Shown here one piece after another: positions 30,648 through 40,249 of a DNA stretch of 43,852 nt. The translations under genes and the position numbers were made by a program. Numbering within the stretch: the first letter of the stretch is position 1; the number at the start of each line of letters is the position of its first letter. The notes under the pieces were generated by a model. It saw nothing but the letters and a program-made list of their open reading frames with translations, was not told the DNA's origin and searched no databases. Origin of the DNA: a virus. Taxonomy: Duplodnaviria > Heunggongvirae > Uroviricota > Caudoviricetes. The DNA lies in IMG/VR virus record IMGVR_UViG_2563366881_000002, positions 1-43,852 of that record; one strand, 5' to 3'.

Positions 30648-31063
30648 GTTTTGCCCTGAAACTGGCGCGTGAGATGGGGCGACCCGACTGGCGTGCCATG
30701 CTTGCCGGGATGTCATCCACGGAGTATGCCGACTGGCACCGCTTTTACAGTACCCATTATTTTCATGATGTTCTGCTGGATATGCACTTTTCCGGGCTGA
30801 CGTACACCGTGCTCAGCCTGTTTTTCAGCGATCCGGATATGCATCCGCTGGATTTCAGTTTGCTGAACCGGCGTGAGGCTGACGAAGAGCCTGAAGATGA
30901 TGTGCTGATGCAGAAAGCGGCAGGGCTTGCCGGAGGCGTCCGTTTTGGCCCGGACGGGAATGAAGTTATCCCCGCTTCCCCGGATGTGGCGGACATGACG
31001 GAGGATGACGTAATGCTGATGACAGTATCAGAAGGGATCGCAGGAGGAGTCCGGTATGGCTGA
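30225..31063 (+). CDS. T: tail assembly chaperone G-T fusion via -1 frameshift (T frame 30629-31063)
   Basis: T reading frame (..FDGELSFALKLAREMGRPDWRAMLAGMSSTEY..) continues in -1 frame from slippery site, as in lambda. Confidence 0.85.
30623..30629 (+). promoter_or_regulatory. -1 programmed ribosomal frameshift slippery site G GGA AAG (G to G-T)
   Basis: Heptamer GGGAAAG in X XXY YYZ register of G, 18 nt before G stop; T frame opens in -1 frame. Confidence 0.8.
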
Positions 31064-33635
31064 ACCGGTAGGCGATCTGGTCGTTGATTTAAGTCTGGAT
31101 GCGGCCAGATTTGACGAGCAGATGGCCAGAGTCAGGCGTCATTTTTCCGGTACGGAAACTGATGCGAAAAAAACAGCGGCAGTCGTTGAACAGTCGCTGA
31201 GCCGACAGGCGCTGGCTGCACAGAAAGCGGGGATTTCCGTCGGGCAGTATAAAGCCGCCATGCGTATGCTGCCTGCACAGTTCACCGACGTGGCCACGCA
31301 GCTTGCAGGCGGGCAAAGTCCGTGGCTGATCCTGCTGCAACAGGGTGGTCAGGTTAAGGACTCCTTCGGCGGGATGATCCCCATGTTCAGGGGGCTTGCC
31401 GGTGCGATCACCCTGCCGATGGTGGGGGCCACCTCGCTGGCGGTGGCGACCGGTGCGCTGGCGTATGCCTGGTATCAGGGCAACTCAACCCTGTCCGATT
31501 TCAACAAAACGCTGGTCCTTTCCGGCAATCAGGCGGGACTGACGGCAGATCGTATGCTGGTCCTGTCCAGAGCCGGGCAGGCGGCAGGGCTGACGTTTAA
31601 CCAGACCAGCGAGTCACTCAGCGCACTGGTTAAGGCGGGGGTAAGCGGTGAGGCTCAGATTGCGTCCATCAGCCAGAGTGTGGCGCGTTTCTCCTCTGCA
31701 TCCGGCGTGGAGGTGGACAAGGTCGCTGAAGCCTTCGGGAAGCTGACCACTGACCCGACGTCTGGGTTGACGGCGATGGCGCGCCAGTTCCATAACGTGA
31801 CGGCGGAGCAGATTGCGTATGTTGCTCAGTTGCAGCGTTCCGGAGATGAAGCCGGGGCATTGCAGGCGGCGAACGAGGCCGCAACGAAAGGGTTTGATGA
31901 CCAGACCCGCCGCCTGAAAGATAACATGGGCACGCTGGAGACCTGGGCAGACAGGACTGCACGGGCATTCAAATCCATGTGGGATGCGGTGCTGGATATT
32001 GGTCGCCCGGACTCCTCTGCAGATATGCTCGCCAAAGCTGAAAAGGCTTTTGATGAGGCGGACAAAAAATGGCAGTGGTATCAGAGCCGGAGCCACCGGC
32101 GCGGTAAAACGTCAGCATTTCTTGCCAATCTCCGGGGGGCATGGGAGGAGAGAGAGAATGCGCAACTTGGGCTTTCAGCCGCCACGTTGCAGGCCGATCT
32201 TGAAAAGGCCAGAGAGATGGCAGCAAAGGACTGGGCCGAGTCTGAGGCATCACGGCTGAAATATACCGAAGAGGCGCAGAAGGCTTACGAACGCCTGCAG
32301 ACGCCGCTGGAGAAATATACCGCCCGTCAGGAGGAACTGAATAAGGCACTGAAAGACGGAAAAATCCTGCAGGCAGATTACAACACGCTGATGGCGGCGG
32401 CGAAAAAGGACTATGAAGCGACGCTGAAAAAGCCGAAGCAGTCCGGCGTGAAAGTGTCTGCGGGCGATCGTCAGGAAGACAGTGCTCATGCTGCCCTGCT
32501 GACGCTTCAGGCTGAACTCCGGACGCTGGAGAAGCATGCCGGAGCAAATGAGAAAATCAGCCAGCAGCGCCGGGATTTGTGGAAGGCGGAGAGTCAGTTC
32601 GCGGTACTGGAGGAGGCGGCGCAACGTCGCCAGCTGTCCGCACAGGAGAAATCCCTGCTGGCGCATAAAGATGAGACGCTGGAGTACAAACGCCAGCTGG
32701 CTGCACTTGGCGACAAGGTTACGTATCAGGAGCGCCTGAACGCGCTGGCGCAGCAGGCGGATAAATTCGCACAGCAGCAACGGGCAAAACGGGCCGCCAT
32801 TGATGCGAAAAGCCGGGGGCTGACTGACCGGCAGGCAGCGCGGGAAGCCACGGAACAGCGCCTGAAGGAACAGTATGGCGATAATCCGCTGGCGCTGAAT
32901 AACGTCATGTCAGAGCAGAAAAAGACCTGGGCGGCTGAAGACCAGCTTCGCGGGAGCTGGATGGCAGGCCTGACGTCCGGCTGGAGTGAGTGGGAAGAGA
33001 GCGCCACGGACAGTATGTCGCAGGTAAAAAGTGCAGCCACGCAGACCTTTGATGGTATTGCACAGAATATGGCGGCGATGCTGACCGGCAGTGAGCAGAA
33101 CTGGCGCAGCTTCACCCGTTCCGTGCTGTCCATGATGACAGAAATTCTGCTTAAGCAGGCAATGGTGGGGATTGTCGGGAGTATCGGCAGCGCCATTGGC
33201 GGGGCTGTTGGTGGCGGCGCATCCGCGTCAGGCGGTACAGCCATTCAGGCCGCTGCGGCGAAATTCCATTTTGCAACCGGAGGATTTACGGGAACCGGCG
33301 GCAAATATGAGCCAGCGGGGATTGTTCACCGTGGTGAATTTGTCTTCACAAAGGAGGCAACCAGCCGGATTGGCGTGGGGAATCTCTACCGGCTGATGCG
33401 CGGCTATGCCACCGGTGGTTATGTCGGTACACCGGGCAGTCTGGCTGACAGCCGATCGCAGGCGTCCGGGACGTTTGAGCAGAATAACCATGTGGTGATT
33501 AACAACGACGGCACGAACGGGCAGATAGGTCCGGCTGCTCTGAAGGCGGTGTATGACATGGCCCGCAAGGGTGCCCGTGATGAAATTCAGACACAGATGC
33601 GTGATGGTGGACTGTTCTCCGGAGGTGGACGATGA
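31056..33635 (+). CDS. H: tail tape measure protein H
   Basis: 859 aa, lambda gpH-like (6 aa longer than lambda H by recalled length). Confidence 0.95.
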   Translation: MAEPVGDLVVDLSLDAARFDEQMARVRRHFSGTETDAKKTAAVVEQSLSRQALAAQKAGISVGQYKAAMRMLPAQFTDVATQLAGGQSPWLILLQQGGQVKDSFGGMIPMFRGLAGAITLPMVGATSLAVATGALAYAWYQGNSTLSDFNKTLVLSGNQAGLTADRMLVLSRAGQAAGLTFNQTSESLSALVKAGVSGEAQIASISQSVARFSSASGVEVDKVAEAFGKLTTDPTSGLTAMARQFHNVTAEQIAYVAQLQRSGDEAGALQAANEAATKGFDDQTRRLKDNMGTLETWADRTARAFKSMWDAVLDIGRPDSSADMLAKAEKAFDEADKKWQWYQSRSHRRGKTSAFLANLRGAWEERENAQLGLSAATLQADLEKAREMAAKDWAESEASRLKYTEEAQKAYERLQTPLEKYTARQEELNKALKDGKILQADYNTLMAAAKKDYEATLKKPKQSGVKVSAGDRQEDSAHAALLTLQAELRTLEKHAGANEKISQQRRDLWKAESQFAVLEEAAQRRQLSAQEKSLLAHKDETLEYKRQLAALGDKVTYQERLNALAQQADKFAQQQRAKRAAIDAKSRGLTDRQAAREATEQRLKEQYGDNPLALNNVMSEQKKTWAAEDQLRGSWMAGLTSGWSEWEESATDSMSQVKSAATQTFDGIAQNMAAMLTGSEQNWRSFTRSVLSMMTEILLKQAMVGIVGSIGSAIGGAVGGGASASGGTAIQAAAAKFHFATGGFTGTGGKYEPAGIVHRGEFVFTKEATSRIGVGNLYRLMRGYATGGYVGTPGSLADSRSQASGTFEQNNHVVINNDGTNGQIGPAALKAVYDMARKGARDEIQTQMRDGGLFSGGGR

Positions 33636-33961
33636 AAACCTTCCGCTGGAAAGTGAAACCCGGTATGGATGTGGCTTCGGCCCCTTCTGTAAGAAAGGTG
33701 CGCTTTGGTGATGGCTATTCCCAGCGAGCGCCTGCCGGGCTGAATGCCAACCTGAAAACGTACAGCGTGACGCTTTCTGTCCCCCGTTGGGAGGCCACGG
33801 CGCTGGAGTCGTTTCTGGAAGAGCACGGGGGCTGGAAAGCCTTTCTGTGGACGCCGCCTTATGAGTGGCGGCAGATAAAGGTGACTTGCGCAAAATGGTC
33901 GTCGCGGGTCAGTATGCTGCGTGTTGAGTTCAGCGCAGAGTTTGAACAGGTGGTGAACTGA
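33632..33961 (+). CDS. M: tail tip protein M
   Basis: 109 aa, lambda M. Confidence 0.9.
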   Translation: MKTFRWKVKPGMDVASAPSVRKVRFGDGYSQRAPAGLNANLKTYSVTLSVPRWEATALESFLEEHGGWKAFLWTPPYEWRQIKVTCAKWSSRVSMLRVEFSAEFEQVVN

Positions 33962-34659
33962 TGCAGGATATCCGACAGGAAACACTGAATGAATGCACCC
34001 GTGCGGAGCAGTCGGCCAGCGTGGTGCTCTGGGAAATCGACCTGACAGAGGTCGGTGGAGAACGTTATTTTTTCTGTAATGAGCAGAACGATAAAGGTGA
34101 GCCGGTCACCTGGCAGGGGCGACAGTATCAGGCGTATCCCATTCAGGGGACGGGATTTGAACTGAACGGCAAAGGCAGTGCTGCCCGTCCGACACTGACG
34201 GTTTCTAACCTGCACGGCATGGTCACCGGGATGGCGGAAGATCTGCAGAGTCTGGTCGGCGGAACGGTGGTCCGGCGTAAGGTTTACGCCCGTTTTCTGG
34301 ATGCGGTGAACTTCGTCAACGGAAACAGTGACGCCGATCCGGAGCAGGAGGTGATCAGCCGCTGGCGCATTGAGCAGTGCAGCGAACTGAGCGCGGTGAG
34401 TGCCTCTTTTGTACTGTCCACGCCGACGGAAACGGACGGCGCTGTTTTTCCGGGACGTATCATGCTGGCCAACACCTGCACCTGGACCTATCGCGGCGAT
34501 GAGTGCGGTTATCACGGTCCGGCGGTCGCGGATGAATATGACCAGCCAACGTTCGATATCACGAAGGATAAATGCAGCAAATGCCTGAGTGGCTGTAAGT
34601 TTCGCAATAACGTCGGCAACTTTGGCGGCTTCCTTTCCATTAACAAACTTTCGCAGTAA
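33961..34659 (+). CDS. L: tail tip protein L
   Basis: 232 aa, lambda L (C-terminal Cys cluster CSKCLSGC). Confidence 0.9.
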   Translation: MQDIRQETLNECTRAEQSASVVLWEIDLTEVGGERYFFCNEQNDKGEPVTWQGRQYQAYPIQGTGFELNGKGSAARPTLTVSNLHGMVTGMAEDLQSLVGGTVVRRKVYARFLDAVNFVNGNSDADPEQEVISRWRIEQCSELSAVSASFVLSTPTETDGAVFPGRIMLANTCTWTYRGDECGYHGPAVADEYDQPTFDITKDKCSKCLSGCKFRNNVGNFGGFLSINKLSQ

Positions 34660-34807
34660 TCCCATGACAGAGACAGAATCAGCGATTCTGGCGCACGCCC
34701 GGCGATGTGCGCCAGCGGAGTCGTGCGGCTTCGTGGTGAGAACGCCGGAGGGGGAAAGATATTTTCCCTGCGTGAATATTTCCGGTGAGCCGGAGGATTA
34801 TTTCCGG

Positions 34808-35407
34808 ATGGCTCCGGAGGACTGGCTGCAGGCAGAAATGCAGGGTGAGATTGTGGCGCTGGTCCACAGCCACCCCGGTGGTCTGCCCTGGCTGAGTGAG
34901 GCCGACCGGCGGCTGCAGGTGCAGAGTGATTTGCCGTGGTGGCTGGTCTGCCGGGGGACGATTCATAAGTTCCGCTGTGTGCCGCATCTCACCGGGCGGC
35001 GCTTTGAGCACGGGGTGACGGACTGTTACACGCTGTTCCGGGATGCTTATCATCTGGCGGGGATTGAGATGCCGGACTTTCATCGTGAGGATGACTGGTG
35101 GCGTAACGGCCAGAATCTCTATCTGGATAATCTGGAGGCCACAGGGCTGTATCAGGTGCCGTTGTCATCAGCACAACCGGGCGATGTGCTGCTGTGCTGT
35201 TTTGGTTCATCGGTGCCGAATCATGCCGCCATTTACTGTGGTGATGGCGAGCTGCTGCACCATATTCCTGAACAACTGAGCAAACGAGAGAGGTATACCG
35301 ACAAATGGCAGCGACGCACACACTCCCTCTGGCGTCACCGGGCATGGCGCGCATCTGCCTTTACGGGGATTTGCAACGATTTGGCCGCCGCATCGACCTT
35401 CGTGTGA
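34808..35407 (+). CDS. K: tail tip assembly protein K (JAB/MPN + NlpC/P60-like)
   Basis: Start chosen to match lambda K (199 aa; SD GGAGGA); HSHPGG...S..D JAMM-like motif. The ORF is open in frame upstream to an ATG at 34664 (MTETES...), so true start may be earlier. Confidence 0.85.
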   Translation: MAPEDWLQAEMQGEIVALVHSHPGGLPWLSEADRRLQVQSDLPWWLVCRGTIHKFRCVPHLTGRRFEHGVTDCYTLFRDAYHLAGIEMPDFHREDDWWRNGQNLYLDNLEATGLYQVPLSSAQPGDVLLCCFGSSVPNHAAIYCGDGELLHHIPEQLSKRERYTDKWQRRTHSLWRHRAWRASAFTGICNDLAAASTFV

Positions 35408-35976
35408 AAACGGGGGCTGAAGCCATCCGCGCACTGGCCACACAGCTCCCGGCGTTTCGTCAGAAACTGAGCGACGGCTGGTATCAGGTACGGATTGCCG
35501 GGCGGGACGTCAGCACGTCCGGGTTAACGGCGCAGTTACATGAGACTCTGCCTGATGGCGCTGTGATTCATATTGTTCCCAGAGTCGCCGGGGCCAAGTC
35601 AGGTGGCGTATTCCAGATTGTCCTGGGGGCTGCCGCCATTGCCGGATCATTCTTTACCGCCGGAGCCACCCTTGCAGCATGGGGGGCAGCCATTGGGGCC
35701 GGTGGTATGACCGGCATCCTGTTTTCTCTCGGTGCCAGTATGGTGCTCGGTGGTGTGGCGCAGATGCTGGCACCGAAAGCCAGAACTCCCCGTACACAGA
35801 CAACGGATAACGGCAAACAGAACACCTATTTCTCCTCACTGGATAACATGGTTGCCCAGGGCAATGTTCTGCCGGTTCTGTACGGTGAAATGCGCGTGGG
35901 GTCACGCGTGGTTTCTCAGGAAATCAGCACGGCAGACGAAGGGGATGGTGGGCAGGTTGTGGTGATTGGTCGCTGA
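35305..35976 (+). CDS. I: tail tip assembly protein I
   Basis: 223 aa, overlaps K 3' end as in lambda. Confidence 0.9.
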   Translation: MAATHTLPLASPGMARICLYGDLQRFGRRIDLRVKTGAEAIRALATQLPAFRQKLSDGWYQVRIAGRDVSTSGLTAQLHETLPDGAVIHIVPRVAGAKSGGVFQIVLGAAAIAGSFFTAGATLAAWGAAIGAGGMTGILFSLGASMVLGGVAQMLAPKARTPRTQTTDNGKQNTYFSSLDNMVAQGNVLPVLYGEMRVGSRVVSQEISTADEGDGGQVVVIGR

Positions 35977-36036
35977 TGCAAAATGTTTTATGTGAAACCG
36001 CCTCCGGGCGGTTTTATCGTTTATGGAGCATGACGA

Positions 36037-39000
36037 ATGGGTAAAGGCAGCAGTAAGGGGCATACCCCGCGCGAAGCGAAGGACAACCTGAAATCATCCC
36101 AGATGCTGAGCGTGATAGACGCCATCAGTGAAGGGCCGGTTGAAGGTCCGGTGGACGGATTAAAAAGTGTGCTGCTGAACAGTACGCCGGTGCTGGACAG
36201 TGAGGGGAATACCAATATCTCCGGTGTCACGGTGGTTTTCCGGGCAGGTGAGCAGGAGCAGACACCGCCGGAGGGATTTGAATCCTCCGGCTCCGAGACG
36301 GTGCTGGGTACGGAAGTGAAGTACGACACGCCGATTACCCGGACCATCACGTCGGCAAACATCGACCGTCTGCGCTTTACCTTCGGTGTGCAGGCACTGG
36401 TGGAAACCACCTCAAAGGGTGACCGGAATCCGTCGGAAGTCCGCCTGCTGGTTCAGATACAGCGTAATGGTGGCTGGGTGACGGAAAAAGATATCACCAT
36501 TAAAGGCAAAACCACCTCGCAGTATCTGGCCTCGGTGGTGGTGGATAACCTGCCGCCGCGCCCGTTTAATATCCGGATGCGCAGGATGACGCCGGACAGC
36601 ACCACAGACCAGCTGCAGAACAAAACGCTCTGGTCGTCATACACCGAAATCATCGATGTGAAACAGTGCTACCCGAACACGGCACTGGTCGGCGTGCAGG
36701 TGGATTCGGAGCAGTTCGGCAGCCAGCAGGTGAGCCGTAATTATCATCTGCGCGGGCGTATTCTGCAGGTGCCGTCGAATTATAACCCGCAGACGCGGCA
36801 ATACAGCGGTATCTGGGACGGAACGTTTAAACCGGCATACAGCAACAACATGGCCTGGTGTCTGTGGGATATGCTGACCCACCCGCGCTACGGCATGGGG
36901 AAACGTCTTGGTGCGGCAGATGTGGATAAATGGGCGCTGTATGTCATCGGCCAGAATTGCGACCAGTCGGTGCCGGACGGCTTTGGCGGCACGGAGCCGC
37001 GCATCGCCTGTAATGCGTACCTGACCACACAGCGCAAGGCCTGGGATGTGCTCAGTGATTTCTGCTCGGCGATGCGCTGTATGCCGGTATGGAACGGGCA
37101 GACGCTGACGTTCGTGCAGGACCGACCGTCGGATAAGGTGTGGACCTATAACCGCAGTAATGTGGTGATGCCGGATGATGGCGCGCCGTTCCGCTACAGC
37201 TTCAGCGCCCTGAAGGACCGCCATAATGCCGTTGAGGTGAACTGGATTGACCCGGATAACGGCTGGGAGACGGCGACAGAGCTTGTGGAGGACACGCAGG
37301 CCATTGCCCGTTACGGTCGTAACGTCACGAAGATGGATGCCTTTGGCTGTACCAGTCGGGGGCAGGCACACCGCGCCGGGCTGTGGCTGATTAAAACAGA
37401 ACTGCTGGAAACGCAGACCGTGGATTTCAGCGTCGGCGCAGAAGGGCTTCGCCATGTACCGGGCGATGTCATTGAAATCTGCGATGATGACTATGCCGGT
37501 ATCAGCACCGGCGGGCGCGTGCTGGCGGTAAACAGCCAGACCCGGACGCTGACGCTCGACCGTGAAATCACGCTGCCATCCTCCGGTACCACGCTGATAA
37601 GCCTGGTTGACGGAAGTGGCAATCCGGTCAGCGTGGAGGTTCAGTCCGTCACCGACGGCGTGAAGGTGAAAGTGAGCCGTGTTCCTGACGGTGTTGCTGA
37701 ATACAGCGTGTGGGGGCTGAAGCTGCCGACGTTGCGCCAGCGCCTGTTCCGCTGCGTGAGTATCCGTGAGAACGACGGCGGCACGTATGCCATCACCGCC
37801 GTGCAGCATGTACCGGAAAAAGAAGCCATCGTGGATAACGGGGCGCACTTTGACGGCGACCTGAGCGGCACGGTGAATGGCGTCACGCCGCCCGCGGTGC
37901 AGCACCTGACCGCAGAAGTCACCGCAGACAGTGGGGAGTATCAGGTACTGGCGCGCTGGGACACGCCGAAGGTGGTGAAGGGGGTGAGCTTTATGCTTCG
38001 CCTGACCGTGGCAGCGGATGACGGCAGTGAGCGGCTGGTCAGCACGGCCCGGACGACGGAAACCACATACCGCTTCACGCAACTGGCGCTGGGGCGGTAC
38101 ACGCTGACAGTCCGGGCGGTAAATGCGTGGGGACAGCAGGGCGATCCGGCGTCGGTATCGTTCCGGATTGCCGCACCGGTAGCACCGTCGCGGATTGAGC
38201 TGACGCCGGGGTATTTTCAGATAACCGCCACGCCGCATCTTGCCGTTTATGACCCGACGGTACAGTTTGAGTTCTGGTTTTCGGAAAAGCGGATTACCGA
38301 TATCAGGCAGGTTGAAACCACAGCGCGCTACCTTGGCACGGGGCTGTACTGGATAGCCGCCAGTATCAATATCAAACCGGGCCATGATTATTACTTTTAT
38401 ATCCGCAGTGTGAACACCGTTGGCAAATCGGCATTCGTGGAGGCCGTCGGTCGGGCGAGCGATGATGCGGAAGGTTACCTGGATTTTTTCAAAGGCGAGA
38501 TAGGGAAAACCCATCTGGCTCAGGAGCTGTGGACGCAGATTGATAACGGTCAGCTTGCGCCTGACCTGGCTGAAATCAGGACGTCCATTACGAATGTCAG
38601 CAATGAAATCACGCAGACCGTCAATAAAAAACTGGAAGACCAGAGTGCGGCAATCCAGCAGATACAGAAAGTTCAGGTTGATACAAATAATAACCTGAAC
38701 AGCATGTGGGCCGTGAAACTGCAGCAGATGAAGGACGGACGCCTTTATATTGCGGGTATCGGAGCCGGTATTGAGAATACGCCAGCAGGTATGCAGAGTC
38801 AGGTGCTTCTGGCTGCTGACCGGATTGCGATGATTAATCCTGCGAATGGCAACACAAAGCCGATGTTTGTTGGTCAGGGCGATCAGATATTCATGAACGA
38901 CGTGTTCCTGAAACGCCTGACGGCTCCGACCATTACCAGCGGCGGTAATCCTCCGGCATTTTCCCTGACACCGGACGGGCGGCTGACGGCGAAAAATGCC

Positions 39001-39516
39001 GATATCAGCGGTAACGTGAATGCGAACTCCGGGACGCTCAACAACGTCACGATTAACGAGAACTGTCGGGTTCTGGGAAAATTGTCCGCCAACCAGATTG
39101 AAGGCGATCTCGTTAAAACAGTGGGCAAAGCTTTCCCCCGGGACTCCCGTGCACCGGAACGGTGGCCATCAGGGACCATCACCGTCAGGGTTTATGACGA
39201 TCAGCCGTTTGACCGGCAGATTGTTATTCCGGCGGTGGCATTCAGCGGCGCTAAACATGAGCGGGAGAATAACGATATTTATTCGTCATGCCGCCTGATA
39301 GTACGGAAAAACGGTGCTGAAATTTATAACCGTACCGCGCTGGATAATACGCTGATTTACAGTGGTGTTATTGATATGCCAGCTGGTCGCGGCCACATGA
39401 CGCTGGAGTTTTCGGTGTCATCATGGCTGGTAAATGACTGGTATCCCACAGCAAGTATCAGCGATTTGCTGGTTGTGGTGATGAAGAAAGCCACCGCAGG
39501 CATCAGTATTCGTTGA
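36037..39516 (+). CDS. J: central tail fibre / host specificity protein J
   Basis: 1159 aa, lambda gpJ-like throughout (27 aa longer than recalled lambda J). Confidence 0.95.
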   Translation: MGKGSSKGHTPREAKDNLKSSQMLSVIDAISEGPVEGPVDGLKSVLLNSTPVLDSEGNTNISGVTVVFRAGEQEQTPPEGFESSGSETVLGTEVKYDTPITRTITSANIDRLRFTFGVQALVETTSKGDRNPSEVRLLVQIQRNGGWVTEKDITIKGKTTSQYLASVVVDNLPPRPFNIRMRRMTPDSTTDQLQNKTLWSSYTEIIDVKQCYPNTALVGVQVDSEQFGSQQVSRNYHLRGRILQVPSNYNPQTRQYSGIWDGTFKPAYSNNMAWCLWDMLTHPRYGMGKRLGAADVDKWALYVIGQNCDQSVPDGFGGTEPRIACNAYLTTQRKAWDVLSDFCSAMRCMPVWNGQTLTFVQDRPSDKVWTYNRSNVVMPDDGAPFRYSFSALKDRHNAVEVNWIDPDNGWETATELVEDTQAIARYGRNVTKMDAFGCTSRGQAHRAGLWLIKTELLETQTVDFSVGAEGLRHVPGDVIEICDDDYAGISTGGRVLAVNSQTRTLTLDREITLPSSGTTLISLVDGSGNPVSVEVQSVTDGVKVKVSRVPDGVAEYSVWGLKLPTLRQRLFRCVSIRENDGGTYAITAVQHVPEKEAIVDNGAHFDGDLSGTVNGVTPPAVQHLTAEVTADSGEYQVLARWDTPKVVKGVSFMLRLTVAADDGSERLVSTARTTETTYRFTQLALGRYTLTVRAVNAWGQQGDPASVSFRIAAPVAPSRIELTPGYFQITATPHLAVYDPTVQFEFWFSEKRITDIRQVETTARYLGTGLYWIAASINIKPGHDYYFYIRSVNTVGKSAFVEAVGRASDDAEGYLDFFKGEIGKTHLAQELWTQIDNGQLAPDLAEIRTSITNVSNEITQTVNKKLEDQSAAIQQIQKVQVDTNNNLNSMWAVKLQQMKDGRLYIAGIGAGIENTPAGMQSQVLLAADRIAMINPANGNTKPMFVGQGDQIFMNDVFLKRLTAPTITSGGNPPAFSLTPDGRLTAKNADISGNVNANSGTLNNVTINENCRVLGKLSANQIEGDLVKTVGKAFPRDSRAPERWPSGTITVRVYDDQPFDRQIVIPAVAFSGAKHERENNDIYSSCRLIVRKNGAEIYNRTALDNTLIYSGVIDMPAGRGHMTLEFSVSSWLVNDWYPTASISDLLVVVMKKATAGISIR

Positions 39517-39536
39517 AATTGTTATAACCCATATAA

Positions 39537-39562
39537 GGGCGCCAGAAATGGCGCCTTTTTTA
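39537..39562 (+). terminator. rho-independent terminator after J
   Basis: GGGCGCC-AGAAAT-GGCGCC hairpin followed by TTTTTTATT. Confidence 0.6.
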
Positions 39563-39585
39563 TTGCAGAAAAGCGAGAGGTAATT

Positions 39586-40185
39586 ATGCGTAAAGTTTGT
39601 GCAGCCATTTTGTCCGCAGCCATCTGTCTGGCCGTATCCGGTGCGCCTGCATGGGCGTCTGAGCAGCAGGCCACGCTGAGCGCAGGGTATCTTCATGCCC
39701 GTACGAACGCTTCCGGCAGCGATAATCTGAACGGGATTAACGTGAAATACCGTTATGAGTTTACGGACACGCTGGGGCTGATTACGTCATTCAGTTATGC
39801 CAACGCTGAAGATGAGCAAAAAACGCATTACAGCGATACCCGCTGGCATGAGGATTCCGTGCGTAATCGCTGGTTCAGCGTGATGGCGGGGCCGTCTGTG
39901 CGCGTGAATGAATGGTTCAGCGCGTATGCGATGGCGGGTATGGCTTACAGCCGTGTTTCGACTTTCTCCGGGGATTATATCCGCGTAACTGACAACAAGG
40001 GGAAAACGCACGATGTGCTGACCGGAAGTGATGACGGTCGCCACAGCAACACGTCTCTGGCGTGGGGAGCTGGCGTGCAGTTTAACCCGACCGAATCCGT
40101 GGCCGTTGACGTCGCTTATGAAGGCTCCGGCAGCGGTGACTGGCGTACCAACAGTTTCATCGTGGGTGTCGGTTATAAATTCTGA
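39586..40185 (+). CDS. lom: Lom outer-membrane protein (Ail/Lom family beta-barrel)
   Basis: Signal peptide MRKVCAAILSAAICLAVSGAPAWA; C-terminal ..FIVGVGYKF; lambda lom position. Confidence 0.9.
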   Translation: MRKVCAAILSAAICLAVSGAPAWASEQQATLSAGYLHARTNASGSDNLNGINVKYRYEFTDTLGLITSFSYANAEDEQKTHYSDTRWHEDSVRNRWFSVMAGPSVRVNEWFSAYAMAGMAYSRVSTFSGDYIRVTDNKGKTHDVLTGSDDGRHSNTSLAWGAGVQFNPTESVAVDVAYEGSGSGDWRTNSFIVGVGYKF

Positions 40186-40211
40186 TTAGCCAGGTAACAC
40201 AGTGTTATGAC

Positions 40212-40238
40212 AGCCCGCCGGTTCAGGCGGGCTTTTTT
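40212..40238 (+). terminator. rho-independent terminator after lom
   Basis: AGCCCGCC-GGTTCA-GGCGGGCT hairpin followed by TTTTTTG. Confidence 0.6.
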
Positions 40239-40249
40239 GTGGGGTGAAT

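Noticed and set aside
36637-38514. 625-aa minus-strand ORF antisense to J
   Set aside because: Entirely inside the J gene, Arg/His/Pro-rich with junk composition; typical GC-rich antisense artefact.
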